Positions 1 to 10,200 of a DNA stretch of 32,000 nucleotides are shown piece after piece; the stretch's first letter is position 1, and each line of letters opens with the position of its first letter. Source of the DNA: an uncultured Opitutales bacterium (GTDB taxonomy: Bacteria > Verrucomicrobiota > Verrucomicrobiia > Opitutales > Intestinicryptomonadaceae); contig CAKTSY010000001.1 in the NCBI GenBank assembly GCA_934613415.1, forward strand, positions 1 through 32,000, read 5' to 3'. The position numbers and the translations under genes are program-made. The notes beneath the pieces were generated by a model. It was not told the DNA's origin and made no database searches. It saw only the letters and a program-made list of their open reading frames with translations.

Positions 1-84
1 CAAAAAAACGAACAATTTTTTGCGCCGTACGCTTGTTTGTCGTTTTGAGCGTTTGCTTTCGTCACCTGCTAACGGAGGCGCAAA

Positions 85-3000
85 ATGAAGATGTTTGACA
101 ACATAAACACCTTTGTTAAGGACGACCTTAAAGCCGAAATCCACGAAAACAGTAAGTTGTCTATCGCTGCCGCCTGCTTTTCGATATACGCCTATCAGGA
201 ACTAAAAGCGCAGCTCGACGGTATTTCCGAATTGCGATTTATCTTCACATCGCCCACATTTACCACCGAAAAGGCGTCGAAAGCCAAACGCGAATTCTTC
301 ATTCCGCGCGCCGACCGCGAAAAATCGCTCTACGGAACGGAATTCGAGTTAAAGCTGCGCAACGAGCTAACCCAAAAGGCAATCGCGCAAGAGTGCGCCG
401 AATGGATTCGCCAAAAAGTGAAGTTTCGCTCGAATATCACAAACGAGCAAATCGGCGGCTTCTTGAATATCGAGTCGCCGCAGCCGTTCACCTACCTGCC
501 GCTAAACGGTTTTACCACGGTTGATATCGGTTGCGAACGCGGCAACAACGCTTTCAATTTCGTCCACAGGTTTGAAGCCCCGCTTACCCAAACCTACATT
601 CAAACATTCAATTCCATTTGGAACGACAAAACAAAGCTCCAAGACGTAACCGACATCGTCATAGAAAACATTTCGGCGGTCTATCGTGAAAACCCGCCCG
701 AATTCATCTACTTTATAACGCTTTACAACATTTTCAGCGAATTTTTGGAGGACATCTCCGAAGACGAACTGCCCAACGAGGCGCTCGGCTTTAAGGAAAG
801 CGTTATCTGGAAAAAGCTTTACGACTTCCAAAAAGACGCTGCCCTTGCCATTATCAACAAGCTTGAACGCTACAACGGCTGCATTCTTGCTGACAGCGTG
901 GGGCTCGGCAAAACGTTTACGGCGTTGGCGGTTGTAAAATACTACGAAAACCGCAACAAAAGCGTGCTTGTGCTTTGCCCCAAAAAGCTCGAAAGCAACT
1001 GGCACACCTTTAAGGAAAACTACAAAAACAACCCCCTGCGCGAAGACAGGCTTCGCTACGATGTGCTCTTCCACACCGACCTTTCGCGAACAAGCGGAAA
1101 GTCGAACGGGCTTGACTTGGCGCGGCTCAACTGGGGCGCATACGACCTTGTCGTTATAGACGAATCGCACAATTTCCGCAGCGGCGGGCAAATTTACGGC
1201 GACGACGAAAAGCGCGAAAACCGCTACCTGCAACTTTTGAACAAAGTTATCCGCGACGGCGTAAAGACGAAAGTTCTTATGCTTTCGGCAACGCCCGTAA
1301 ACAACCGCTTTGGCGATTTGCGCAACCAGCTTGCCCTTGCCTACGAGGGCGATTCTTCCAATATCGACGGCAAGCTTAACACAAAGCGCGGCATAGACGA
1401 AATCTTCCGCCGAGCCCAAGGCGCATTCAACGCGTGGAGCAAACAGCCGCTCGAAAAACGCACAACCGCCGACCTTCTCGAACGCTTGGATTTCGACTTC
1501 TTCGAGCTTCTCGACAGCGTTACCATAGCGCGCTCGCGCAAGCATATCGAAAAGAATTACAACACCGCCGCAATAGGCAAGTTCCCCACGCGCCTGAAGC
1601 CGATATCGCTTCGCCCCTGCATTACAACGCTAAAACGCGCAATCAACTACACGGAAATCTTCGAGCAACTGCAATGTCTTACGCTCAGCGTGTATTTGCC
1701 GTCCAACTTCGTTTTCCCGAGCGCGCTGGCAAAATACGACGACCAATATTCAAGCGACGTCAGCACAAACGTGCGCTTCACCCAGCGCGACCGCGAAAAA
1801 GGAATCCACCGCCTTACGGGAATCGGGCTTTTGAAGCGTCTTGAAAGCTCGGTTTATTCGTTTAGACTTACGCTTGAGCGCATAAAAGCATTCAACGAAA
1901 AGACAATTCGCATAATCGACCGCTTTGAAAAATCTGCGTCGGCTGACTTGTTCGAAATGGAAGACCTTAAAACTCAGGCGGAACTCGACGCAGACGACGG
2001 CGACAGCGACCTTTTCAGCGTAGGGCGCAAAGTGAAATACGAGCTTGCCGACATCGACTGCACCTCTTGGCGCAAAGAACTTGAAAGCGACGTCGAGAAC
2101 ATCGACCTGCTCCTTGCGATGATAAACGACATCACGCCCGAGCACGACAACAAGCTGAATACGCTTCTTGCTCAGATTGACGAAAAAATTGCCCACCCAA
2201 TAAATGCCGGCAACCGCAAAATCATAATCTTCACCGCCTTTGCCGATACCGCAAACTACCTTTACGACCACGTTTCAAAATACGCCCTCGAAAAATATGG
2301 AATGCACACCGCCATCATTACGGGCGAAGTTGCGGGGCGTTCGAACGTGCCGAAAATGAAGACCGATTTGAACACGGTTCTCACCTGTTTTTCGCCCATA
2401 TCGAAAGAAAAGTCGCTGCTTTCGCCCGACGACAATTTCAATATCGACATTTTAATTGCAACCGACTGCATCTCGGAAGGGCAAAATTTGCAGGATTGCG
2501 ATTATCTTGTAAATTACGACATTCATTGGAATCCCGTCCGAATCATTCAGCGTTTCGGACGCATAGACCGTATCGGCAGCCATAACGACAAAATCCAGCT
2601 CGTGAATTTCTGGCCCGATATGGAGCTTGACGATTACATAAACCTTAAAAACCGCGTCGAGACCCGTATGCGCATTACCGTTATGACCGCAACGGGCGTC
2701 GGCTCCGACAACATAATTGACGGCGGCGACGAAGACCTTGAATACCGCAAAAAGCAGCTCGAACGCCTGCGCGATGAAGTCATAGATATCGAGGAAATGA
2801 ATTCGGGCGTGTCCATTATGGACTTGGGGCTTAACGAATTTCGTCTCGACCTGCTCGACTACATCAAAAAACACGGCGACCCGAACAATATTCCGTCGGG
2901 GCTTTGCGCCGTTGTGCCCGCATCTACCGACAACCCCGCGGGCGTTGTTTTTGTTCTGCGCAATGTAAACGAAAGCGTCAATATAGACAGGCAAAACCGC

Positions 3001-3345
3001 CTGCATCCGTTTTATATGGTTTACATCACAAGCGGCGGCGATGTTCACCTAAACCACCTGCAGCCAAAAGAATTGCTCGACGCCATGCGCGTGCTCTGCA
3101 AGGGCAAAACAGAACCCATTCAAACCCTCTGCAAAGCCTTCAATCGCGAAACTGCCGACGGCAGGAAAATGGGCAAATACTCAAAACTTTTGGGCGACGC
3201 CATAAAATCCATCATATCCGTAAAGGAGGAAAGCGATTTCGACAGCCTTTTCTCTGCGGGCGGCACATCCGCGCTTGAAAACGACATCAAGGGCTTGGAC
3301 GACTTCGAGCTTGTGTGCTTCCTTGTTGTAAAGGAGGCGAAATGA
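85..3345 (+). CDS. SNF2/Swi2-family helicase of the defence-island type (1086 aa), with an N-terminal domain of about 240 aa of unknown function
   Basis: Helicase motif I DSVGLGKT and motif II DESH are present, as is the C-terminal lobe ATDCISEGQNLQD...HWNPVRIIQRFGRIDRIGS. The ATG at 85 follows a GGAGG. The stop overlaps the next start (ATGA at 3342-3345). Confidence 0.85.
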   Translation: MKMFDNINTFVKDDLKAEIHENSKLSIAAACFSIYAYQELKAQLDGISELRFIFTSPTFTTEKASKAKREFFIPRADREKSLYGTEFELKLRNELTQKAIAQECAEWIRQKVKFRSNITNEQIGGFLNIESPQPFTYLPLNGFTTVDIGCERGNNAFNFVHRFEAPLTQTYIQTFNSIWNDKTKLQDVTDIVIENISAVYRENPPEFIYFITLYNIFSEFLEDISEDELPNEALGFKESVIWKKLYDFQKDAALAIINKLERYNGCILADSVGLGKTFTALAVVKYYENRNKSVLVLCPKKLESNWHTFKENYKNNPLREDRLRYDVLFHTDLSRTSGKSNGLDLARLNWGAYDLVVIDESHNFRSGGQIYGDDEKRENRYLQLLNKVIRDGVKTKVLMLSATPVNNRFGDLRNQLALAYEGDSSNIDGKLNTKRGIDEIFRRAQGAFNAWSKQPLEKRTTADLLERLDFDFFELLDSVTIARSRKHIEKNYNTAAIGKFPTRLKPISLRPCITTLKRAINYTEIFEQLQCLTLSVYLPSNFVFPSALAKYDDQYSSDVSTNVRFTQRDREKGIHRLTGIGLLKRLESSVYSFRLTLERIKAFNEKTIRIIDRFEKSASADLFEMEDLKTQAELDADDGDSDLFSVGRKVKYELADIDCTSWRKELESDVENIDLLLAMINDITPEHDNKLNTLLAQIDEKIAHPINAGNRKIIIFTAFADTANYLYDHVSKYALEKYGMHTAIITGEVAGRSNVPKMKTDLNTVLTCFSPISKEKSLLSPDDNFNIDILIATDCISEGQNLQDCDYLVNYDIHWNPVRIIQRFGRIDRIGSHNDKIQLVNFWPDMELDDYINLKNRVETRMRITVMTATGVGSDNIIDGGDEDLEYRKKQLERLRDEVIDIEEMNSGVSIMDLGLNEFRLDLLDYIKKHGDPNNIPSGLCAVVPASTDNPAGVVFVLRNVNESVNIDRQNRLHPFYMVYITSGGDVHLNHLQPKELLDAMRVLCKGKTEPIQTLCKAFNRETADGRKMGKYSKLLGDAIKSIISVKEESDFDSLFSAGGTSALENDIKGLDDFELVCFLVVKEAK

Positions 3346-3989
3346 CGGATTTCCCCCAGTCAACATTCGTCGGCAAAACTTTTTCCGAATCGAAGTTTTT
3401 CAGAAAGCTTGCGCTTTCCAAAAAGACACTGCCCTTCGGCAATATCGAAAAAATCGTCTGGCGCAACAAGCTTTCCGCCAAAACGCTCAACGTTCAGGAC
3501 GGCGCGCGCGTTAGGGAAATTCAAGTTTTCCACGTCATTTTGCGGGAGGATAACCCCGTAGACGGAATCTTGCGGGCAATAGACAACGCCGTTGCCTACC
3601 AAATTTTGTTTCTCGTTCAGCTTGGCGAAAAATTCCAAGCGTGGATTGGCTATAAAGAAGCCGACTTAAACGGTGTTAGCCTTACCGTAAAAACCTACTA
3701 TAAGACCGATTGGACGGACCTTGAAAGCCTGCCCATTGCCGTTTGCGGGCTTACGCTCGACGACGTTTACGCAAATTTTATCTCGCAAATAAACGAAAAC
3801 GTCAAAGCCGCGCCCGAAACCGACTTGCGCACGCGCGTAAACACCGCCGACGATATCGACAAACTCGAACGCGAAATAGAGAAACTAAAATCGCGCCTGC
3901 GCAAAGAACCGCAGTTCAACAAGCAAATTAAGCTGAATGCGGAAATCAAAACTTTAAAAACAAAAATAGAAGAAATTAAAAATGGATAA
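3342..3989 (+). CDS. DUF4391-like protein (215 aa) with a C-terminal coiled-coil tail
   Basis: I chose the start at ATG 3342 because it follows AAGGAGG at 3331-3337 and overlaps the SNF2 stop. IVWRNKLSAKTLNV...EIQVFHVIL...AIDNAVAYQILFLV matches my memory of the DUF4391 signature (IxWxNKLSxxTLN, EIxVF). This family is typically found between a helicase and a methyltransferase. Confidence 0.65.
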   Translation: MTDFPQSTFVGKTFSESKFFRKLALSKKTLPFGNIEKIVWRNKLSAKTLNVQDGARVREIQVFHVILREDNPVDGILRAIDNAVAYQILFLVQLGEKFQAWIGYKEADLNGVSLTVKTYYKTDWTDLESLPIAVCGLTLDDVYANFISQINENVKAAPETDLRTRVNTADDIDKLEREIEKLKSRLRKEPQFNKQIKLNAEIKTLKTKIEEIKNG

Positions 3990-3990
3990 A
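3981..3990. repeat. Left copy of the 10-bp direct repeat AATGGATAAA, bounding the AT-rich one-gene cassette
   Basis: It is an exact match to 4681-4690. It contains the ATG of the cassette ORF and the TAA of the DUF4391-like gene (ATGGATAA). Confidence 0.8.
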
Positions 3991-4689
3991 AAAGGACATA
4001 TACCGTTTTTAATAAAGCTTGGTAATAAACAAAATATGTCTGCGTTATATGAGCGCGGAGAAATTTATATGCAAACTTTTGCATATTTTAAGAAAATAGA
4101 AATTGGACAAGATGGACGAGGAGACCCTAACGAAAACTTGCTAAAATACTTCAATGGTGAAGCATTAAAGCGTAATAAATTTAAAATTATAGCAAATATT
4201 AATCAGGAAAATTTTGAGCGTACATTTTCCCCTAATAATGGCACGGTTTCTGTTTCGATTGGAAGTTTAGAAATTGATAAGAATACAAACGTGTTCTCAA
4301 CGAGTATTGTTTATCCCGAGATTGGCAAACAAACACAAATAGATTTCGAAGAACAAAATTTTGCGGAAGACAAAGATTTTGCAGTAGTAATATTCGACAT
4401 AGAAACTTTCAAAAAACGAATCATTGATGCACTAAAAAGACTTTCACCTCTAAGAATATACGGAGGAAAAGTTTCATATTTTGATCCAGCAAATTTTGGA
4501 GGGAACGTAGGCCCACTTATGAAAACAAAAGAATATTCATACCAACGTGAATTTAGGATATGCGCGTATTTCCCAAATAGCGAAGTTCGTAAGTTTGAAA
4601 TTGGTAGCCTTAGTGGGGTGGCATTCCCTCCAATGGATAAGAATGAACTTCATAATCACAAATTTTTATTAACAAAAAATAATGGATAA
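3982..4689 (+). CDS. Hypothetical protein (235 aa) encoded by an AT-rich cassette inside the RM operon; faint DUF2971-like resemblance
   Basis: It is a complete ORF coupled to both neighbours through ATGGATAA overlaps. Composition is K/N/I/E-rich and GC is visibly much lower than in the flanks. The N-terminal ALYERGEIYMQTFAYFKKIE..GRGDPNEN and the C-terminal KEYSYQREFRI loosely recall DUF2971. That recollection is unverified. Confidence 0.6.
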   Translation: MDKKGHIPFLIKLGNKQNMSALYERGEIYMQTFAYFKKIEIGQDGRGDPNENLLKYFNGEALKRNKFKIIANINQENFERTFSPNNGTVSVSIGSLEIDKNTNVFSTSIVYPEIGKQTQIDFEEQNFAEDKDFAVVIFDIETFKKRIIDALKRLSPLRIYGGKVSYFDPANFGGNVGPLMKTKEYSYQREFRICAYFPNSEVRKFEIGSLSGVAFPPMDKNELHNHKFLLTKNNG

Positions 4690-4690
4690 A
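4681..4690. repeat. Right copy of the 10-bp direct repeat AATGGATAAA
   Basis: It is an exact match to 3981-3990. It contains the ATG of mod and the TAA of the cassette ORF. Confidence 0.8.
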
Positions 4691-6676
4691 TTTACTTTCA
4701 AAACTGCCGACGGCATAAATGTTAACATTGAAAAGCTTTCGCAGGCTTTCCCTGAAGTTATTACAGAAACTGTGGGTGGAGACGGCAAAATCAAGCGCGT
4801 TGCCGACTTTGAGAAGCTTAAAATGCTTTTGGGCGATTCCACTGCCGAACGCCCGCAAGAGTTCTACGAATTTACTTGGCCCGGCAAGAACGAAGCCATT
4901 TTTGAAGCCGCCAAGGCTACTACAAAAACCCTGCGCCCTTGCCCCGAAGAAAGCAAAAATTGGGACACCACCCAAAACCTTTATATTGAGGGCGACAACC
5001 TTGAAGCCTTAAAGATTTTGCAGGAGGCATATCTTGGCAAAGTCAAAATGATTTACATAGACCCGCCCTACAACACGGGCAAAGAGTTTGTTTACCGCGA
5101 TAACTTCCACAAATCCGCCGAAGAAGGCAAAGAAGACGAAACCGTTCGCGACGAAGAGACCGACAACAACCTTTTCCAAAACACCGAATCTAACGGACGC
5201 TTTCATTCCGACTGGTGTTCAATGATATACCCGCGCCTAAAACTCGCCCGCGACCTCCTGCGCGACGACGGCGTTATTTTCATTTCCATAGACGACAACG
5301 AAGTCCACAACCTTAGAAAGATTTGCGATGAGATTTTTGGAGAGAGTAATTTTATTGCAACTTTAATATGGGATAAAAATCATAGTGCACAAGCAGGAAT
5401 ATTTAAGGTTTATCATGAATATATTGTTGTCTTCGCAAAAAATAAATTTTTGCAAGAAACACCAAATTCTCTAAATAGTGAATTATTTGAAGCTGGTGCT
5501 ATGAAAAAACCATCTGGTCGCCACTCGCTACAAGAATTTACATTCCCTGCGGGTACAAGATTTGATGCTCCTGATAATACCGAATACTTTGGGACTTGGG
5601 GAGGGCTAGAATCTTTGAGATTAGTAAAAGGAAGAATGCGAGCATTAAACGGGAAACTTGTAGAAGATGCAACAATTGAAGCTGCATATACTCAAATCGC
5701 TCAAATGAAGGAATTTTTCTATGGTAATAATAGCATGTTATTAGATTCAAGAGGACAAAAAATTGTAGAATTTTATTTAACTTCGACTGGTAAGGTAAAA
5801 ATTGTAAAACAAAGAAGCGTAGAAACTCCCCAAACAACATGTCATTTTGGAGCTCAAGGTCCTATATCTAAGGATTTAGCAAATTTATTTAAGATACCCG
5901 AATCTCCTTTTGATTCACCCAAACCAATTAAAATGATAGAAAATTTCATTCTGAGATTTTCCGGAGAAGATGATATTGTAATGGATTTTTTTGGAGGATC
6001 TTCAACTACTGCACATGCAGTATTCTTGGCAAATTTAAAAAATCAATCCACTAGAAAATTTATTATAGTTCAATTCCCTGAATCTCTAGAAATCGCGTTA
6101 AAAAAAGCGTCAAAAGATAACAAGAGAACACTAGAAGCAGCTATTGAATATTTAAAAAAGAGAAATAACCCGCTTTTAATTTCAGAAATCGGGAAAGAAC
6201 GTATTCGATTAGCGGGCGATAAAATAAAAGCCGAGAACGCAACAACCGCACCGAATTTAGACATTGGCTTCCGAGTTCTAAAACTTGCCGAAAGCAACAT
6301 GAAAGACGTCTATTATTCGCCCAACGAAACATCTCAAGACTTGCTAAGCGAACTTGAAAGCAATATCAAAGAAGACCGCACCGCGCTTGATCTACTCTTC
6401 GCCTGCCTTATTGATTGGGGCGTGGAACTTTCGCTCCCGCTAAAAACCGAAACCATAGACGGTGTCGAAGTCCACACGGTAAACTACGGCGAAACTCCAG
6501 ACTTAATCGCCTGCTTCGCGCAAAATATCCCCGAGGCGGTAATCCGCAAAATAGCCGCCCGCCACCCCCTACGTGCCATCTTCCGCGATTCCTCTTTCGC
6601 CGACAGCCCCGCCAAAATCAACCTAACCGAAATCTTCAAAACATACTCGCCTGGAACGGATGTTAAGGTGTTATAA
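4682..6676 (+). CDS. mod: Type III restriction-modification Mod subunit, an N6-adenine (beta-class) DNA methyltransferase (664 aa)
   Basis: Catalytic motif IV IYIDPPYNTG precedes a variable central region, which is followed by AdoMet motif I MDFFGGSSTTAHA. This is the beta-class order IV-TRD-I. The size and the position upstream of res fit a Mod subunit. Confidence 0.85.
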   Translation: MDKFTFKTADGINVNIEKLSQAFPEVITETVGGDGKIKRVADFEKLKMLLGDSTAERPQEFYEFTWPGKNEAIFEAAKATTKTLRPCPEESKNWDTTQNLYIEGDNLEALKILQEAYLGKVKMIYIDPPYNTGKEFVYRDNFHKSAEEGKEDETVRDEETDNNLFQNTESNGRFHSDWCSMIYPRLKLARDLLRDDGVIFISIDDNEVHNLRKICDEIFGESNFIATLIWDKNHSAQAGIFKVYHEYIVVFAKNKFLQETPNSLNSELFEAGAMKKPSGRHSLQEFTFPAGTRFDAPDNTEYFGTWGGLESLRLVKGRMRALNGKLVEDATIEAAYTQIAQMKEFFYGNNSMLLDSRGQKIVEFYLTSTGKVKIVKQRSVETPQTTCHFGAQGPISKDLANLFKIPESPFDSPKPIKMIENFILRFSGEDDIVMDFFGGSSTTAHAVFLANLKNQSTRKFIIVQFPESLEIALKKASKDNKRTLEAAIEYLKKRNNPLLISEIGKERIRLAGDKIKAENATTAPNLDIGFRVLKLAESNMKDVYYSPNETSQDLLSELESNIKEDRTALDLLFACLIDWGVELSLPLKTETIDGVEVHTVNYGETPDLIACFAQNIPEAVIRKIAARHPLRAIFRDSSFADSPAKINLTEIFKTYSPGTDVKVL

Positions 6677-6677
6677 G

Positions 6678-7208
6678 ATGGAAAACAGTTTATACATTTG
6701 CATAGGAACTATAATTGGCACAATGATTGGATCTATAATATCATTTTTAACTACATTATTTATTAATCATTCAAAAAACAGAAGAGAAGATAATCTCTAT
6801 CTTAGGGAAAAACGTGAACACTTGTATTTAGAGGCAATAGATTGCCTCTATCTTATGTGTAAAAAGATAAAACCACATGTCTCAAAATCAGAAGCTGAAC
6901 ACATAGCGAAAGAAATAAAAGAAATAACTTCAAGGCTTAGTAGCAGATTTGTTTTATACGCTTCTACAGAAGTACGAACGAAATTTGCAGCATTCGTACC
7001 TATTGCGGATATAATTTACAATCTTGCAGATATTCCAGAAGCAGCGAACTTACGACAGGAACAATTTGATAAAATCGCGGCATCAAACAAGGTTACTGAA
7101 TTGATAGAAGCGATGAAAAAAGAACTCGGGACATTAGAAAAGCAAAAAACAAAAGGGTTCCAATGCAATCTTTGCTCGTGGATACAAAGTAAATTCTCTG
7201 CAAAATGA
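6678..7208 (+). CDS. Hypothetical small membrane protein (176 aa) inserted between mod and res
   Basis: ATG 6678 lies one nucleotide after the mod stop (TAA 6674-6676). The stop overlaps the res start (ATGA 7205-7208). There is one N-terminal TM helix (LYICIGTIIGTMIGSIISFLTTLFI), and the rest looks helical. The gene is strongly AT-rich. Confidence 0.6.
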   Translation: MENSLYICIGTIIGTMIGSIISFLTTLFINHSKNRREDNLYLREKREHLYLEAIDCLYLMCKKIKPHVSKSEAEHIAKEIKEITSRLSSRFVLYASTEVRTKFAAFVPIADIIYNLADIPEAANLRQEQFDKIAASNKVTELIEAMKKELGTLEKQKTKGFQCNLCSWIQSKFSAK

Positions 7209-10200
7209 AATTAAAATTTAAACATCAAAAATTTCAGGCGGACGCGGCAAAAGCGGTTTGTGATGTTTTTGCGGGGCAGCCGCGCGTGGTTTCCACTTAT
7301 CAAATAGACCCTGGGCGCGACAGTCGGCAGGGAAAAATCCGCAATGTGTTATTCACGGGTTTTGCAAACAACAGGTTAATTCCCGCGCTTACGGATGCGG
7401 TTTTGCTAAAAAACATCAACCGCATTCAGCACGAGCAGATGATAAAGCCTTCCGACAAAATCGAGGGCGTCGGGATAAATCTTACCGTTGAAATGGAAAC
7501 GGGCGTGGGGAAAACCTACACCTACATAAAAACTATTTACGAGCTAAACAAGCTTTACGGCTGGAGCAAATTCATAATAGTAGTGCCGTCGGTTGCAATC
7601 CGCGAGGGTGTGTATAAGTCGTTCTCGGTAACGGCGGAGCATTTCAAGGAAGAATACGGCAAGCAAATTCGCTTTTTCATCTACAATTCGGGCAACCTGC
7701 AAAACATTTCGCAATTTGCAAGCGACAGCTCCATAAACGCAATGATAATAAATTCGCAGGCGTTCAACGCAAAAGGCAAAGACGCCCGCCGCATCAGAAT
7801 GGAGCTTGACGAATTCAACAGCCGCCGCCCGATAGACGTTATAGCCAAAACAAATCCCATTTTGATAATAGACGAGCCGCAATCGGTTGAGGGAAAGACA
7901 ACAAAGGAATCGCTAAAAGACTTCAATCCGCTCTTCACGTTGCGCTACTCGGCAACGCATAAAAAGGACAGCATCTACAATATGGTTTACAGGCTCGACG
8001 CAATCGACGCCTACAATCAAAAGCTTGTAAAGAAAATCGCGGTAAAGGGAATTTCGCAAAGCACAACAACAGGCACTTCGGGCTACTTGTATTTGCAGGG
8101 GATAATTCTTTCGCCCAGCAAACCGCCGCGCGCAAAGCTTGAATTCGACATAAAGGGCGCGGACAAAATCCGCAGAACCACAAAGATTTTCGACCAAGGC
8201 AACGACATCTACGCATCTTCGAGAGAGCTTGATGAATACAAAGACCGCTACGTTATAAAAACTATCGACGGCAGGGACAATTCTGTGGAGCTTTTAAACG
8301 GCACAAAGCTTTTTGTAGGCGACGTTATAGGCGCGGTAGACGAAGACCAGCTGCGCCGCATTCAAATTCGCGAGACGATAATTTCGCACCTCGAACGCGA
8401 GCGCGAGCTTTTCAAAAAGGGCATAAAAGTGTTGTCGCTTTTCTTTATCGACCAAGTTGCCCACTACAAGATTTACAACGACAAAAACGAAGCCTGCAAC
8501 GGCGAGTTTGCCGACATTTTCGAGGAGGAATACGCAAGCGTAGTTCAAGACTTTCTCGACGATTTGGCGGTTGACCAAGATTACAAAAACTACCTAAAAG
8601 CCCACACTGCCGCGCAAATCCACGTTGGCTATTTTTCGATAGACAAAAAAAGCAAGCACTTTGTAGACAGCGATGTTAAGGAAGACAGAAAAGCCAAAAT
8701 TTCAAACGACGTTGACGCCTACGACCTTATCATGAAAAACAAGGAAAGGCTGCTCGATTTAAACGAACCCGTGCGCTTTATATTCTCGCACTCGGCGTTG
8801 CGCGAGGGCTGGGACAACCCCAATGTTTTTCAAATCTGCACGCTAAAACAAAGTTCGGCGGAAATCCGCAAAAGGCAGGAAGTCGGCCGCGGATTGCGCT
8901 TGTGTGTGAACCAAAACGGCGAGCGTATGGACGCAAACGCCATCGGCGCGGACGTCCACAACGTCAACGTGCTTACAGTTATAGCGAGCGAGTCATACGA
9001 AAAATTTGCAAGCTCGCTTCAAACCGAATACGCCGAAGCCGTTTCCGACCGTCCCTGCAAGGTTGAGGCAAAAATTTTCGTCGGCAAAATTGCCCGTCTT
9101 TCAGACGGCACGGAATGCGCAATTACGGAAGAACAGGCAAGCGCAATCTGCCACAGCCTGATAAAGAACGACTACATAGACGACAAAAACACTCTTACCG
9201 CCAAATATTACGACGACAAAGCAGCCCAGCGTTTTACACTGCCCGAGCAGTTAAAACCGCTTACCGAAACAGTCGTAAAAGTTTTGGACAACATTTACGA
9301 CCCAGGCAAAATCAGGGCGGAAAACGCCGCGGCGAACAACGTTGTTGCCCGAGTAAACGAAAACAAAATCGCCAGCAAAGAGTTCAAGGCGTTGTGGGCA
9401 AAAATTTCGGCAAAAAGTGCCTACTGTGTTGATTTCGACACGTCAGAGCTTGTCGCAAAATCAATCGAGCACCTAAACAAAGAGTTGTTTGTAGGGCAGC
9501 GGTATTTCACGATAACCGAAGGTTCGATGGCAAAGATTGATTCGCGCGAAGCTCTCGAAAACAACGAGGCTTTCACGGCGACAAAGTCCGAAACAAAATT
9601 CGCTTCAAGTGATAACGAATTCGCAAATGTCCGCTACGACCTTATCGGGAGAATCGTCGCCGAAACGGGGCTTACGCGCAAAACCATTGTCGAAATTCTG
9701 CGGGGCATTCTGCCCGAAAAGTTCGATATGTTCAAAATTAACCCCGAAGACTTCATAATGCGCGCTTCGCGGATAATAAACGAGCAAAAAGCAACGGTTA
9801 TTGTTCAGCATATTGTTTACAACAAAATCGACGCAAAATACGATACGAGCATTTTTACAGAACCCACGCTAAAAGGCAGGCTGAACGTGAACGCGATGGA
9901 AACGCCGCACCACCTTTACGACTACCTTATTTACGACTCTTCTATCGAAAAGAATTTTGCGCAGGAATTTGAAATTAAGGGCGATGTTGTTCTCTATGCA
10001 AAGCTGCCCAAAAGCTTTTATATAAACACGCCCGTCGGCAATTACAGCCCCGACTGGGCAATAGTTTTCAAGGAAGACAAAGCAAAGCATATCTACTTTG
10101 TGGCAGAAACAAAAGGCGATATATCGAGCATGTCCTTTCGTGGCGTTGAAAACGCAAAAATTGACTGTGCAAAAAAACACTTCGCCGCAATCAGCCCAAG

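Noticed and set aside
85-800. A possible PLD/HKD nuclease domain at the N-terminus of the SNF2 helicase
   Set aside because: I could not find an HxK(x)4D motif in the first ~240 residues, so I left the domain unassigned.
502-1545. A 347-aa minus-strand ORF, and many other 60-215-aa ORFs antisense to large genes (for example 1750-2271, 2452-3048, 7544-7882, 25409-26053, 27082-27474)
   Set aside because: They lie entirely inside well-supported genes on the opposite strand. Their translations are low-complexity (A/V/F/R-rich) with no motifs. They are typical shadow ORFs.
3315-3341. Upstream alternative starts for the DUF4391-like gene (3315) and for the small membrane gene (6660)
   Set aside because: The internal ATGs at 3342 (with an AAGGAGG RBS and an ATGA overlap) and at 6678 (1 nt after the mod stop) fit the operon structure better.
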